This document shows, in pieces, positions 27,113-40,118 of a DNA stretch of 64,000 nt. The notes under the pieces are model-generated. The model did not search any database, had not been told where the DNA came from, and was given only the letters and a program-made list of their open reading frames with translations. Position numbers and translations under genes: made by a program. The stretch is taken from the NCBI GenBank assembly GCA_023920165.1, contig CP089274.1:930001-994000 (forward strand). Reading direction: 5' to 3'. Positions within the stretch are counted from its first letter, which is position 1, and each line of letters starts with the position of its first letter. Source of the stretch: Curvularia clavata (taxonomy: Eukaryota).

Positions 27113-28251
27113 TGATTGTTGTTGTTGTTGCGAGTTGTGTATAGAGGTTGTGCAAATGTATGTAGGAATGTGGGGTATGTGCAGTTGTGTTGATATCACT
27201 GCTTCCTTTTCGTATGTCTTTTTTCCTTCTCTTGTCTTGGAAACCGAAATATTTCCCATTTTGGTCTTTTCAGTTTCCTTTGTGAGTATGGGAGTGTTTT
27301 TTTATGTGCATGTGGGAGAGCGTGGAGTTGTGGGGGTGTGAAGATGAAAGTTTGTGATTTTTGGCTAAGAGAAAAAGAGGTGCGCAGTTGTTTTGGTAGA
27401 TTTTGGTTTACAATATGTGGAGGTGGGGAAATGGGAGAAGAGAAGATATCCCCATTTGCAATTGAATTTGTATAATTAACTAGTTACCGTTTTGTTTTTA
27501 TTCGCTTTCAGGTATTTAAGTTATAAAATTGTTCGTGTTCCTGTACTTTGCAATTCTACATGGCGATTTTTATGCCCGTACTCGGCTTGTTTGTTGATAC
27601 AATTTGGCAGATGTATGGGGAAGATGTAACATCTAGGCCTGGCTTTAGTAGATGTTTTGGGTGGTATCTAGGGGATAGCATGGTGGTGATGGTATTAATA
27701 TTTGGTGTGTATGCAGTATGTTTGATTAATTGAAAGGACTAATGGAGCGAGATTTTCTGTAGTACCTTAATTTTCACTTTATATACGGGTCATTGATCTT
27801 GTTTTGGGGGCCTTCTAGGATTTGGGTAGTGTATTGGCATGGAAGGAAGGGAGTAGTACGTAAGGACGTGTGGATGGAATGAAGGCAAGCGGGCCGGTAG
27901 ACAGAAAGAACGCTTGATGCAATTCAAATAAACACAAACTTTCCTTCGTCGCTCCTATTTGTTATTTTTAATCAACGCCATCGTATCATTTTCTCTTCCA
28001 TCTATTCCTTCGCGCTAAGTGCCATCTGATATGAGGCTTAGCTACCGGGGTTAGTAGGAATCGCTTAATCAGCCTTCCTCCTGTTGTTGTATATGGGGGC
28101 TGCAGCCTTGTCTCTGTTACTGCAGAGCCCGCAGCCTGGCTGACTTTTCTCCGCTACCTACACGACCCGGCTAGGCAACTACGCCGCCTACAAACAATCT
28201 AATGCTGTGTATTAGAAAGTTGTAATACGTTGACGAGCGGCCCCAACTTTG

Positions 28252-31200
28252 ATGGAACCACTCGGTGCGGCCGTGCACCGGCTCAACTTCACAAGGCTGA
28301 CCCCCAGCCTTCAGAACGATGACCAGTTACGCGTAAAGTATGATAAAATTCACATTTGTAATGAAAAATCTGACGTTCTACAGCATCGTTTTGATCCACG
28401 GCCTGCGAGGCCATCCCCGACGAACATGGGAGGATGCAGCAGCACCAAGTAGTGTTGGCAATGACGCTGCGAAGAAGTCCAAAAGTCTTCCAATACGGTC
28501 CTTTCTCCGGCGACGGTCATCCAAATTTGCTGGACTAGAGACAAAACAAGAGAAAACTCTCTCATCTAGCTCTACTCTGCTGTCATCTCCATCTACCATC
28601 TTTTGGCCTGAGGATTACCTAGTGTCGGATATCCCCAACGCTTGCGTGTGGACATATGGATACAACGCAGACGTGATTGGGGGAATTTTTCAGGCCAACA
28701 ACAAGAACAGCATTTCACAGCATGGCCAAGATCTTTCAGTGAGGCTGGAGCGGGAGATTGGCAACGAGGTATGAGCCAAGCTGGTGGTTGCTACGTCTTT
28801 GGAAACTCGTTTCTTACAACATTTCAGAAACCCATCGTGTTCGTAGTACACAGTCTTGGCGGTATCATTCTTAAAGATGTAGGTATCTGGCGATATGCTA
28901 ATGCTGATGGCACTGCTAACTTGCTAATCAAGGCTATTCGCCGGTCTGACACTGTACGTGAGCGGACAAAGTTGATCGTATTCCTTGGGACGCCGCACCG
29001 GGGCAGCACATACGCAAACTGGGGCCAGATTGCTTCGAAACTCGCTCGCATAGCGCTGCAAGACTCGAATAAGAAGATTGTTGACACACTCGAGGTCAAC
29101 AACGAGGTGCTGGATAACATCCACGAAGAGTTCAAGAGGATCGTGTACAAAGGTGGAATCAAAATTCATTCCTTCCAAGAAGCACGAGGTGTTACCGGTG
29201 TGCGCGGCCTGGAGGGAAAAGTGAGTATGCTATAGGAGTTGCTGTGCAAGACTAACAGTTCCAGGTTGTCGATGACTATTCGTCTAAACTTGACCTCCCA
29301 CGAGACGTCGAAATCGTTGAGAGCATTGATGCGAATCACATGCAGATGGCTAGGTGCAGTAGCAGAGATGATCAAGTTTACCGTGTCATCTCTGGCGTCT
29401 TGAAGGCGTTCGTGGAACAGGAGCTGAAGAACCAGGAAATGCCACTTACTCTTACTAAAAGTGCTACTGAAGGGATGAAAAGTTCTGCTTGTACGTAAAC
29501 CGTAACACACAGCATAAAGCAAGAAGAAATGCTCATCGAGGATACATATCCCTAGCAAGCGATACCTTGTTTATCATGCCTTTCTCGAGAGATGAATCGT
29601 TCATCGGACGAGAAGATAGTATAGTTCAGATCGATGATCGCAGAGCTGCTGCATCAACACACACGCGCATAGCTCTTGTTGGGCTTGGGGGTGTTGGGTC
29701 AGTGCAATCATGTATCGTCTTTCTAGAGGATACTATTAACAGATTTTCAGGAAGTCGCAGATTGCGATCGAATATGCATACCGAGCTCGTGATGCGGTAC
29801 CACAAATGTCAGTATTGTGGATACATGCAAGCGACTCAAGTAGATTTCAGCAAGGATACAAAAGCATAGCTGACAAGCTCATGCTACCCGGGCGAGATGA
29901 TCCTACGGTAGATGTGTTGAAGCTCGTACATGACTGGCTGCTAGACAGTGGGAACGGGCAGTGGCTAATGATATTAGACAACGTTGACAACAATGATGTC
30001 TTCTCGAGCGACAACCAGAGCGGCATGCCGCTCGAGAGCTACCTCCCTCCGGCAGCGCATGGGACGATCTTGATTACTTCAAGAAACAAGGTTGTAGCGA
30101 CTAATCTTGTTGACGGGCCCAACGGTATTATCCATGTCGAACCGATGGGTGAAGAAGACGCACTAGCATTACTCCAAACTAAAGTCTCGTTGACTGAGTC
30201 AGACCAAGCGGATGCCAAGTCACTCGTCCAAGTATTGGAATACATACCATTGGCAGTCACACATGCTGCAGCATACATTCGGACACGATCGGATATACTC
30301 ACGATAGGCAGCTATCTGAACCTCTTCCATGAGAGTGAGACTAATCAGATGCATCTGCTCAGCAAGGACGAGTTAAAAGACATTCGGCGGGACCCCAGCA
30401 TTCGGTACCCAGTGATCGCGACATGGCAGATCTCTTTTGAGCACATCCAAAAGATGGAACAATCAGCGGCAGATCTGCTTGCGCTGATGAGCATGTTCGA
30501 CAAGCAAGGTATCCCACGGCAGCTGTTGCAGGGCGAAACTAGCGAGCTAGAGTTTGCCGATGCTTTGGCACCACTACTCAGCTTTTCTTTCGTGAGAGTA
30601 GAACTTGGGCGGCAGGCAGTGACAATACATCGCTTGGTGCAGCTATCAATGAGACGATGGTTAAAGAGAGAGAAGGAAATTGACAAGTGGGTGGGAAAAT
30701 CAACACAAGTTTTGGAAGCTGTGTTTCCGACGGGAAGATATTCGACCTGGGAAGAGTGTCAAGTGCTGCTACCGCACTTTAAAGAGGTTGTGAGTCATGA
30801 AACAAAGGATAAAGGAACTCTGGTGATGAAAGTGAAGACTTCGAATAGGGCGGCGCAATATTTGCTCTTGAAGGGAGAGTATAGAATAATGGAAGAGCTG
30901 TGTCGGTCCTCGGTGGGCATTTTGGAGAACATCTTTGAGAGCGAGCACCCGCAGACACTTGAGACCGTCAACATTCTTGTGACGGCACTAATCCGTCAGG
31001 GCAAATATGAAGAGGCCGAAGGAATGAGTCGGCGAGTACTGCAAGGATACGAGAAGACGTTCGGGCAAGAGCACCCAAATACGCTTTTGAGCGTCAATAA
31101 CCTTGCATCAGTGCTTTTCATGAAAGGAATGAATGAAGAAGCTGAAGCGATGTTGCGGCGGACTTTACGAGCGGTCAAGAAGATGCCTGAGCTCGAAGTC

Positions 31201-31683
31201 CAATTCGCGATTGGCTGTGCCAACAACCTTGCGGAAGTACTGGCGAAACAAGGAAAACTCGAAAAGGCAGAAGCGATACACCGGCGATTATTACAAACAA
31301 ACGAGGAAGTTTTTGGGCACGAGCACCCAGATACATTGCTTAGCATTTCTAACCTCGGGAAACTATTAGAGGAACAAAGGAGGTTTAGTGAGGCAGAAGC
31401 GATGTACTGCCGAGCTTTGGAAGGACGCGAAAGGGTGCTTGGACTCGAGCATGAAAACACGCTGTATAGTATGACCAATCTAGGTCGTTTGTTCCATAAG
31501 CAGAAACGCTACTCTGAGGCAATCGAGCTCTATCGAAGAGCACATGATGGGTATTTGAAAGTACTTGGAGCACAGGACTCGGTTACTGTAAAGACACGGA
31601 AGTTGATAGAGCTTGCTGAGAAGCACCAACTGCTGTGGAGCAAGAAGATGTTAATGTTAAGAGTAGCATCTGAGCAGAAGTAA
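28252..31683 (+). CDS. Fungal NLR-like protein: SesB-like alpha/beta hydrolase - NB-ARC - TPR repeats
   Basis: Hydrolase: IVLIHGLRGH, WTYGYNA, FVVHSLGG, FLGTPHRGS, DANHMQM. NB-ARC: P-loop GLGGVG/KSQIA, Walker B WLMILDNVD, ILITSR, YIPLAV, IHRLVQ. Then about 5 42-aa HPxTL-type TPRs. About 7 exons joined in frame by GT-AG introns. Confidence 0.88.
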
Positions 31684-31698
31684 CATAAAGACTTCTGG

Positions 31699-32040
31699 TG
31701 TCAGACTCTTGAGGTTAGTTTTCGCGGATGAAGCAACAGGGTGATGTAAATAGATAGGGTCTCTGCAAGTAACTCGTTTATTGTACTTATACTCGTAACT
31801 CAAGTTAGACACATCGAGCTATGAGGTCTTAATACCTAATGCTATACACTAAGTAAGTGTTGTAATCGTATACAATCAATATAGTTATCGTATACGATTA
31901 TAGTAGAAGTACGCTCTAACTAGCTAGGGTGGTGATCGCGTATAATCACCCATGATTGGTCTTTAGTTAACTAATCGTAGACGATCAGTCATGTAACGTG
32001 CGGCGTGGCTAAGGAGGACTCTAGCAGCTGCGCCATAACA
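31699..32040. mobile_element. Probable degenerate TE/solo-LTR relic with four palindromic TGATCG-N4-CGATCA-like units
   Basis: TpA-rich; starts TGTCA (31699) with a possible TAACA end (32040); AATAAA on the minus strand near 31780; degenerate palindromes at 31863, 31885, 31933 and 31972. No TSD found, so boundaries are uncertain. Confidence 0.35.
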
Positions 32041-32634
32041 CTCTCTGTGCCGCATCCTCGAAACCGATTACTACTCTGTCAGTCGTAAGCAGTTTCTCTT
32101 ATTCGTAGCAGTCAGATCTCGTTAGTGTAAACAAAGCAAGTTGAGCTCAGACAAGAAACTTTCTCTTGGATTTCGCCCCCCATGTCTCCGTTTCCTCTGG
32201 GTAGTGACCGAATCTAAAAATAAGACAAGGAGGAGGATGATACGCTTAAAATATACATATTTCTACGTCATGAGGTGTTTTCACCAAACACTAAACAATA
32301 ACTTGATCAAGGCAAAGAAAAGGAAACACAAAATAGGCCATGGAAGAAGAGTCATAGAAAGCACAGGTATCAGAGGAGAAAACATCCTGTTGAGAGGCGT
32401 TACTTATTGCGTTATATACAAAATGTACATTGTTCGTCTTTATCAACAATAGGAAAACAGAGAAGGAGTGAATCACCATGTCGTCTTTCCAATTCATCCA
32501 ACCTACATCCTCCCTATCCCAAGAGGTCCATGCGTATCCTACTTAGATACATCATCCCATGATACCTTCCCTATTGATACAATGAGTATACACAGCAAGA
32601 TATCAGTTCTACTGGCTACTCGTCGATGTCATCG

Positions 32635-32874
32635 TCAACCCGAAGCCCTGCCCCCACCAGCCCCACTACCAGCCGTGTTGGCGTTGGAAGAATAAGTAGT
32701 TGGCGAGTATGTAGTCGACGACGAAGTCTGAGGGGTATAAACGGGATGCTGTGTTGGCGTCTCTTGGTTGCTGTGGGGTTGACTCGCGGTGGTTGATGAT
32801 GGGGAGGCGGTATTGCTATCGGAGCTATTGCTCGAGACTTGGAAGGGGGCGAAGCGGATGGGTGGGAAGTACAT
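32635..32874 (-). CDS. Small (79 aa) Ser/Thr-rich orphan protein
   Basis: CAACCATG start context, CT-rich leader and TATAAG about 175 nt upstream (33047-33052, minus strand); no recognisable domain. Confidence 0.5.
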   Translation of the reverse strand: MYFPPIRFAPFQVSSNSSDSNTASPSSTTASQPHSNQETPTQHPVYTPQTSSSTTYSPTTYSSNANTAGSGAGGGRASG

Positions 32875-35480
32875 GGTTGACGTAGTGATTTGAAAGAGAG
32901 AGAAAGCGGGGTTTAGGTGTGTGAGGAGATAGTGGCTTCTCAGCTTTCAGAATATCAAGTTTCCGGTGGTGATGAAGAGCCTGAAGTAATGCCCTCGGAT
33001 GAACCGTCATAAACTATAGCTAAAAAGCAACTTGTTGACTTCCTTTCTTATACTACTTTGTACGCTTTCCCATTTGCCATTTGTCGACTAGACCATGTCG
33101 AAGCCAAAAAAACTCCGCTCCAGCCCCCAGTTGAGAGTATGCGAAGAAAGCGAAGCTGGAGAAGAAGTGTTTCAGAAGAACACCGATAGCGGAATCTATT
33201 TTAGTGACGATGACGTTCAATGACGGTCAACTCATCGAGTAAGGTCAAGCAAAAAATAACCACAGGGTTCTGCCTTGCGTTCAGCCAATGTTGGCGGGAA
33301 CTGACCAAGCAGACCGCTAACCAATAGCACGCTAGCTGTGTGGGGGGTCTAGCGCGCCGGCACATGACTTCGCGTGGTGGTGCTCGTATCCGTGGCAGTA
33401 GTCTGATGCCTGCTGACTTGCTGCGCAGCAACGCCTAGCGTAGGGCTGAAACCTTTGTGAAGAGAGGGGTGGTGACTCAAGTGCGGGCCACTGGTTTGCT
33501 GGTCGCGTATACTATTTACAGCTGGGTGGGATAGCTGGCGAGCTTGGTGGGAACAAAAGGTTAGGCATGGGGGCGGAAACTCTGTTTCATGACGCGAGGT
33601 CCATGTTGGCAATGGGTCCATTTCACGCCACGACGCACGCAACTGGTATTTTGAGAAGAATCCCAGAGCAAAAAAAGATTCAAAAACATACGACAGCGGG
33701 GATTCGCCGGTGGTCACCCACCCGACTACTAGTCCGCCGGTCTCGAGCTTAAGTATGATTGATCGAACGGGGAATCCTGCTCCCTCGAGCCTATGGTCGT
33801 ATGTGAAAGAATTGAGTGGTTTGTGGGATTATATTGCGTGGTGAGTAAGACCAGGTGGGAGTTGTGATTTAGTATACTTTGGTTGGAAAAACTCGAAACT
33901 GAAGAGCCGGCGCTAATAGAGCATGCGTTGCTATATGGGTGTAAGCAGTAGAACAGCATATCGTTTCCTTGTGTCTCTCTCCGTGGGCTGCAATCCGGCT
34001 CTTATGTACAGGGGGACTTGAACTGTGTCAAAGTAGTCTATGGTCGTGAGGGTGTCTCTGGAAAAAGGCTTATCCGCGTATAAGAGAAGGCATCTGTGAT
34101 ATCCATGTTGGATGCATACAAGTATGCAGACAGAGTAGGCCCTTCTTGGGATTTCGGAGATAGACGTCGGGGATACGTCTCTATCCCGGGGGAGGTTGGT
34201 ATATCATTACGAGAGTCCGGATCGTACTTGTAAAAGCGCGCACAGACCTGGGACGAAGTGTTTTCCTTAGATGGTCTGATATAATATTGCTTTTGGCTGG
34301 ACAAAGCGGTAGGTTAGTTTGCATGCGTAGTGGTTTGAAAAAGGGCGCAGAGGGCGCTTGTGCAGATGGCGTGGTTGCTTGTATAACATGCAGTATGTGA
34401 GGGATGATGAGTGTGGATGAGTATATATGACTAGAGGATCGCGGTATTTGTCCGCGGAAGGAGGCCAGTACCGGAACCCGGGACATTGGACATCCGGTCG
34501 CTGCCTCGGCGCTACTGTGCCATCTGCTGTATGTATACGACGCCATCGCCCCGACTACTAGGCAGAAGCACATGAAAGCCTCTACGGCAGACTTGGCTGC
34601 ATCAACTTCTGACTCTCTATACCAGCAGCATCGAACATGGCACCACGGGGAACGGGGAACGAGAAATAAGACCAACGCCCGTTGCCGATAGCGGCGAGTC
34701 GTGTCGCACAGCAGTTTTATCCACAATGCCATGAACATGACTCATCCGGTCAAGACCCCGGCACACCAACGCGAACAGGCAGCCCACGCACCCACGCAAC
34801 CCGCAACCACACCCACCATCAGCCCTAATTGCTCATTAACCAGGCTAGCGCTGCCTCAACACCGATTGTGTCCCTGAATGAATCCAACATCCGCACACTG
34901 ACTGAAGGCGCGGTGCTTTGCGCCCTTCTTCTCTGCACCATCACCGTCATGACGTCGATACAGTCGGTCCATCCATGCGCGACTAACCCCATCTCGCACC
35001 TCTAGTCTTCCAATGCCGTGTCGCTATGTCTGACGCACTATGAGTCCATCGTCCCGTTGGTTACGCCGTTGCCACCGTGCGGGCCTGGCCGCTGGCTGGG
35101 AGCATTTGGTTGTCAATCTTGCACCCACTGCCGCACCCTGGCTCGTATGGTGAAATGTTACATTTGCGATCTATGGAGCCCCACAAGGGCAACGCTCGGC
35201 CTTGACTCTTCGGCCTCTTTGGGACCTACAGACCCACTTCTGCTCTTAAGTCCGAGTCGTCGACTCTTTGCTTCTTTATAATCTCCCGTTGCCGTATTCC
35301 TCTGGCGCCCTTTTTCGCCCTGGTCCAATTCTCTCTTTTTTTTTCTGTTCTACCGCCTACTACCTTCCTTCGACCAACTACGTTTCTTCACCTACAATTA
35401 CTCTGAATCCATCTTCGCTCGCCCTCTCGTTCACGAAACCTAGGTTGATCCCCAGGGCGCGCCCTGTACCGCCCGCCGCT

Positions 35481-38400
35481 ATGGACAACCTCAATACACA
35501 GGATGCTCACCCTCGAGAGCATACCGAGGGGCCCACTTTTGAGGCGATCCATACCAACCATAACCACGCTCAACGCGACAACGCGAGCGTCAGGACTTCT
35601 TCAATCGACGACAGCACTGCCCGCAACTCTCCAAAGCCAGACGACAAGGGCGGCGTTAACGTTCATCGTGCCGAGGCGGATTTCGCTGAACTATCCAAAG
35701 AGCTCTCGCGCACCAGTAATGCTGAGCGCCGGTTGAGCCGTGTCCAGAGCAGGCACAGTCGTAAAAACAAAACCACCACAGATGTCGAAAAGGATGCTGC
35801 TGAGGGTTCTCAAACCTCTGACGAACCCTTTGACCTCGAGGCAACACTGCGTGGCGGTCGTGATGAAGAAGAAAGAGCTGGGATCAAGTCCAAGCGCATT
35901 GGTGTCATGTGGGACGGTCTTACTGTCAGCGGCATTGGTACGGCTACTCTGCACAAACTTCACACAATATTGGTACTAATCTTCGCATAGGTGGTGTCAA
36001 GAACTACGTCAAGGTGGGCTACAAGCATTAGACATTACTTGGTAATTGCGCGTAGAGAATAACTAACATGTCCCCCAGACATTCCCAGACGCATTCGTAT
36101 CCTTTTTTAATGTATTTGAAACCGCCGCCAGCGTCCTTGGGCTTGGAAAGAAGGGCAAGGAATTCGACATCCTCAAAGATTTCAAGGGCGTCGTAAAGCC
36201 GGGCGAGATGGTCTTGGTGCTTGGAAAGCCCGGCAGCGGCTGCACGACCTTCCTCAAGGTTATTAGCAACCAGCGATACGGCTACACAAGGATCGACGGA
36301 AACGTTCAGTATGGCCCATTTGATGCTGATTTCTTCGGAAAGAGGTATCGAGGTGAGGCTGTATATTGTGAAGAAGAAGAAAACCATCACCCCACTCTTA
36401 CTGTTGGCCAGACGCTTGACTTCGCACTAGAGACCAAGGTACCTGGCAAGCGACCGGCTGGACTCTCACGACAAGCCTTCAAGGAAAAGGTCATCGATAC
36501 TATGCTGAAGATGTTCAACATCGAGCATACCCGCAACACTATTGTCGGTAACCCGTTTGTCCGCGGTGTCAGTGGAGGAGAGAGGAAGCGAGTTTCCATC
36601 GCCGAAACAATGGTTACTGGAGCCTCTTTGATGAGCTGGGATAACAGTACCAGAGGTCTGGATGCTTCCACCGCCGTCGACTATGCCCGTTCGCTGAGGG
36701 TCTTGACCAACATCTACAAGACGACGACCTTTGTGTCCTTGTACCAGGCCTCGGAAAACATTTACAAATGCTTTGACAAGGTCATGGTGATTGACAGCGG
36801 ACGACAGGTCTACTTTGGACCCGCCCAGGAAGCCCGTGCTTATTTTGAAGGCCTCGGATTCTTGGAGAAGCCCCGTCAGACCACTCCTGATTACCTTACC
36901 GGTTGCACCGACGTCTTCGAGCGTGAATTCAAGCCCGGCATGAGCGAAAAGGATGTTCCCTCTACGCCCGATGCCCTCGCCGAGGCCTTTAAGCGATCCG
37001 AGACCATGGCCAAGCTTGACGCCGAGATGACTGCTTACAAGGCGCAGATGGCCGAAGAGAAGCACGTCTATGATGACTTCCAGATCGCTGTCAAGGAAAG
37101 CAAGAGGCATGCCCCCGCAAAGTCGGTTTACTCGATCCCCTTTTATCTCCAGGTGTGGGCTCTGGCGAAACGCCAGTTCTTGCTCAAGTGGCAGGACAAG
37201 ATGGCTTTGGCCATCTCCTGGTTGACATCGCTCGTTATTGCCATCATCACCGGTACTGTCTGGCTTGATCTTCCCAAGACATCGGCTGGCGCTTTCACTC
37301 GTGGAGGTGTCCTTTTCATCGCTCTGCTCTTCAACGCTTTCCAAGCCTTTTCTGAACTTGCTTCTACTATGATCGGACGGCCTATCATAAACAAACATCG
37401 CGCCTACGCCTTTCACCGGCCGTCTGCACTCTGGATTGCTCAAATTGGTGTCGACCTTATGTTTGCTTCGGTTCAGATTCTGGTCTTCTCTATCATCGTC
37501 TATTTCATGACAAATTTGGTCAGAGATGCGGGCGCTTTCTTCACGTTTGTTCTCATCATCACCACGGGCTATCTGGCTATGACTCTGTTCTTCCGAACTG
37601 TCGGCTGCCTTTGCCCCGATTTTGATGTTGCCATTCGTCTCGCCGCTACCATCATCACACTTTTCGTCTTGACCTCTGGTTATCTTATCCAGTGGGATTC
37701 CGAGCAGGTTTGGCTCCGTTGGATCTACTACATCAACGCTCTGGGTCTTGGTTTCGCAGCAATGATGGTGAACGAGTTCAGTCGACTGGACCTTACTTGT
37801 GCTGGAACCTCGCTCATTCCATATGGACCTGGCTACAATGACATCAACGCTCAAGTCTGCACTCTGCCTGGCAGTAAGGCGGGCAACCCGATCGTTTCTG
37901 GTGCTGATTACGTCAAGGCCTCATTCTCATGGGAAACTTCTGACCGCTGGATGAACTACGGCATCATGATTGCGCTCATTGTTTTCTTCCTCCTCGCAAA
38001 CGCTTTTCTCGGAGAGTTTGTCAAGTGGGGTGCAGGCGGTCGTACAGTCACTTTCTTCGTCAAGGAGGACAAGGAACTCAAGGAGCTTAACGCCAAGCTA
38101 CAGGAGAAGCGTCAGAAGCGCCACCGCGGCGAAGCCAACAGTGACCAGGACTCCGATCTGAAGGTTGCATCAAAGTCGGTTCTCACATGGGAAGATCTTT
38201 GCTACGATGTCCCCGTCCCTGGAGGAGAGCTGCGCCTACTGAAGAACATTTACGGATATGTCAAGCCTGGCCAACTCACAGCGCTCATGGGAGCTTCGGG
38301 TGCCGGTAAGACGACACTTCTAGATGTGCTCGCCAACCGCAAGAACATTGGTGTCATTTATGGCGACAAGCTTGTTGATGGAAAACCACCTGGTATTGCG

Positions 38401-40118
38401 TTCCAGCGTGGCACGGCCTATGCTGAACAGCTCGACGTCCACGAACCAGCTACCACTGTGCGTGAAGCGCTCCGATTCTCTGCCGATCTGCGTCAGCCCT
38501 TTGAGACACCCCAGGCCGAGAAGTACGCATATGTTGAAGAGGTCATCGCCTTGCTGGAGATGGAGGATATTGCTGACGCCATCATTGGTGACCCCGAGAG
38601 CGGTTTGGCTGTTGAACAACGCAAGCGTGTCACTATCGGTGTTGAGCTTGCCTCCAAGCCTGAACTACTTCTCTTCCTGGACGAGCCCACCTCTGGTCTC
38701 GACTCTCAGAGCGCCTTCAACATCGTCCGCTTCCTCCGTAAGCTGGCTGCTGCTGGTCAAGCAATTCTGTGTACCATTCATCAACCGAACTCTGCTCTCT
38801 TCGAGAACTTTGACCGCCTACTGCTCCTCCAGCGAGGTGGCCAATGCGTTTACTTTGGTGACATCGGTAAAGACGCTCACGTTCTCCTCGACTACTTCCG
38901 CCGCCACGGTGCCGACTGTCCTCCTGATGCCAACCCAGCAGAATGGATGCTTGATGCTATCGGTGCTGGTTCCACTCCTCGTCTTGGTGATCGCGACTGG
39001 GCAGATGTCTGGGCTGATTCTGAGGAATTCGCCGAGGTCAAGCAACACATTGTCCAGCTCAAGGAGGAGCGCATTGCTGCCGTTGGTAGCGCTGAACCGG
39101 TTGACCAAAAAGAGTACGCCACTCCCCTGGCGTACCAGATCAAGAAGGTTGTCAGTCGCCAGAACCTCTCCTTCTGGCGTACTCCCAACTATGGTTTCAC
39201 CCGCCTGTTCAACCACGTCATCATTGCTCTGCTCACTGGTCTCATGTACCTCAACCTGAACAACTCTCGAGCATCTCTGCAATACCGTGTCTTCATTATT
39301 TTCCAAGTCACTGTCCTTCCAGCTCTTATCCTTGCCCAAGTCGAGCCGAAGTACGCTATCCAACGCGCCATCTCTTTCCGCGAGCAAATGTCAAAGGCCT
39401 ACAAGACATTCCCATTCGCACTCTCTATGGTTATCGCCGAGATGCCATATAGTATTCTGTGCGCAGTTGGGTTCTTCCTTCCACTGTACTATATCCCTGG
39501 GCTCAGCTCAGAGTCTTCGCGTGCAGGATACCAGTTCTTTATCGTCTTGATTACGGAAATCTTCTCGGTCACTTTGGGTCAATTCATTGCTGCCTTGACG
39601 CCTTCGCCCTTGATTGCTTCCTACTGCAATCCCTTCATCATTGTGAGTATATTTGCACTAAGTCTATGATCCATCTCTAACTCTGGCTGTAGATTATCTT
39701 TGCGCTCTTCTGTGGTGTCACCATCCCCAAGCCTGCCATCCCCAAGTTCTGGCGTGTCTGGCTTTACGAGCTCAACCCTTTCACACGTTTGATTGGTGGT
39801 ATGGTCGTCACAGAACTTCACGGCCAAGTCGTTCAGTGCACCGATAGCGAGTTCAACCGGTTCCGAGCCCCCGAAGGCCAAAACTGCGGCTCTTACATGA
39901 GCGACTTCTTCGCTAGTGGTGGGCCGGGTTACATCCGCGATAACATGACCAACTTGTGCGAGTACTGCGCTTACAAGGTTGGTGATGAGTTCTACACTCC
40001 GCTCGGATACGACTTCAGCAACCGCTGGAGGGATCTCGGCATCTTCGCCGCCTTCATCGCCAGTAACCTAGTCATTCTTTTCGTTGCTGCGAAGTACCTC
40101 AACTACAACAGGCGATAA
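35481..40118 (+). CDS. Full-size ABCG/PDR multidrug transporter (NBD-TMD)2
   Basis: NBD1: GKPGSGCT, VSGGERKRVSIAE, WDNSTRGLD. NBD2: GASGAGKT, LAVEQRKRVTIGVEL, FLDEPTSGLD. Two TMDs. Introns 35938-35990, 36014-36078 and 39643-39692. Confidence 0.96.

Noticed and set aside
28252..32874. Amyloid-signalling (HET-s/sigma/PP-type) motif pair between the NLR and a neighbour
   Set aside because: The NLR carries its own enzymatic N-terminus, and I see no shared G/N/Q pseudo-repeat motif and no HeLo/HeLo-like effector gene nearby.
33200..33760. GC-rich stretch considered as RNase P/MRP or another structured ncRNA
   Set aside because: Only weak similarity to conserved boxes and more simply explained as promoter DNA; an Infernal/Rfam scan would be needed.
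36466..37854. 462-aa antisense ORF inside the ABC transporter, plus many antisense or alternate-frame ORFs in TRA1, the helicase and others
   Set aside because: Shadow frames expected from the codon bias of the real genes; no recognisable motifs.
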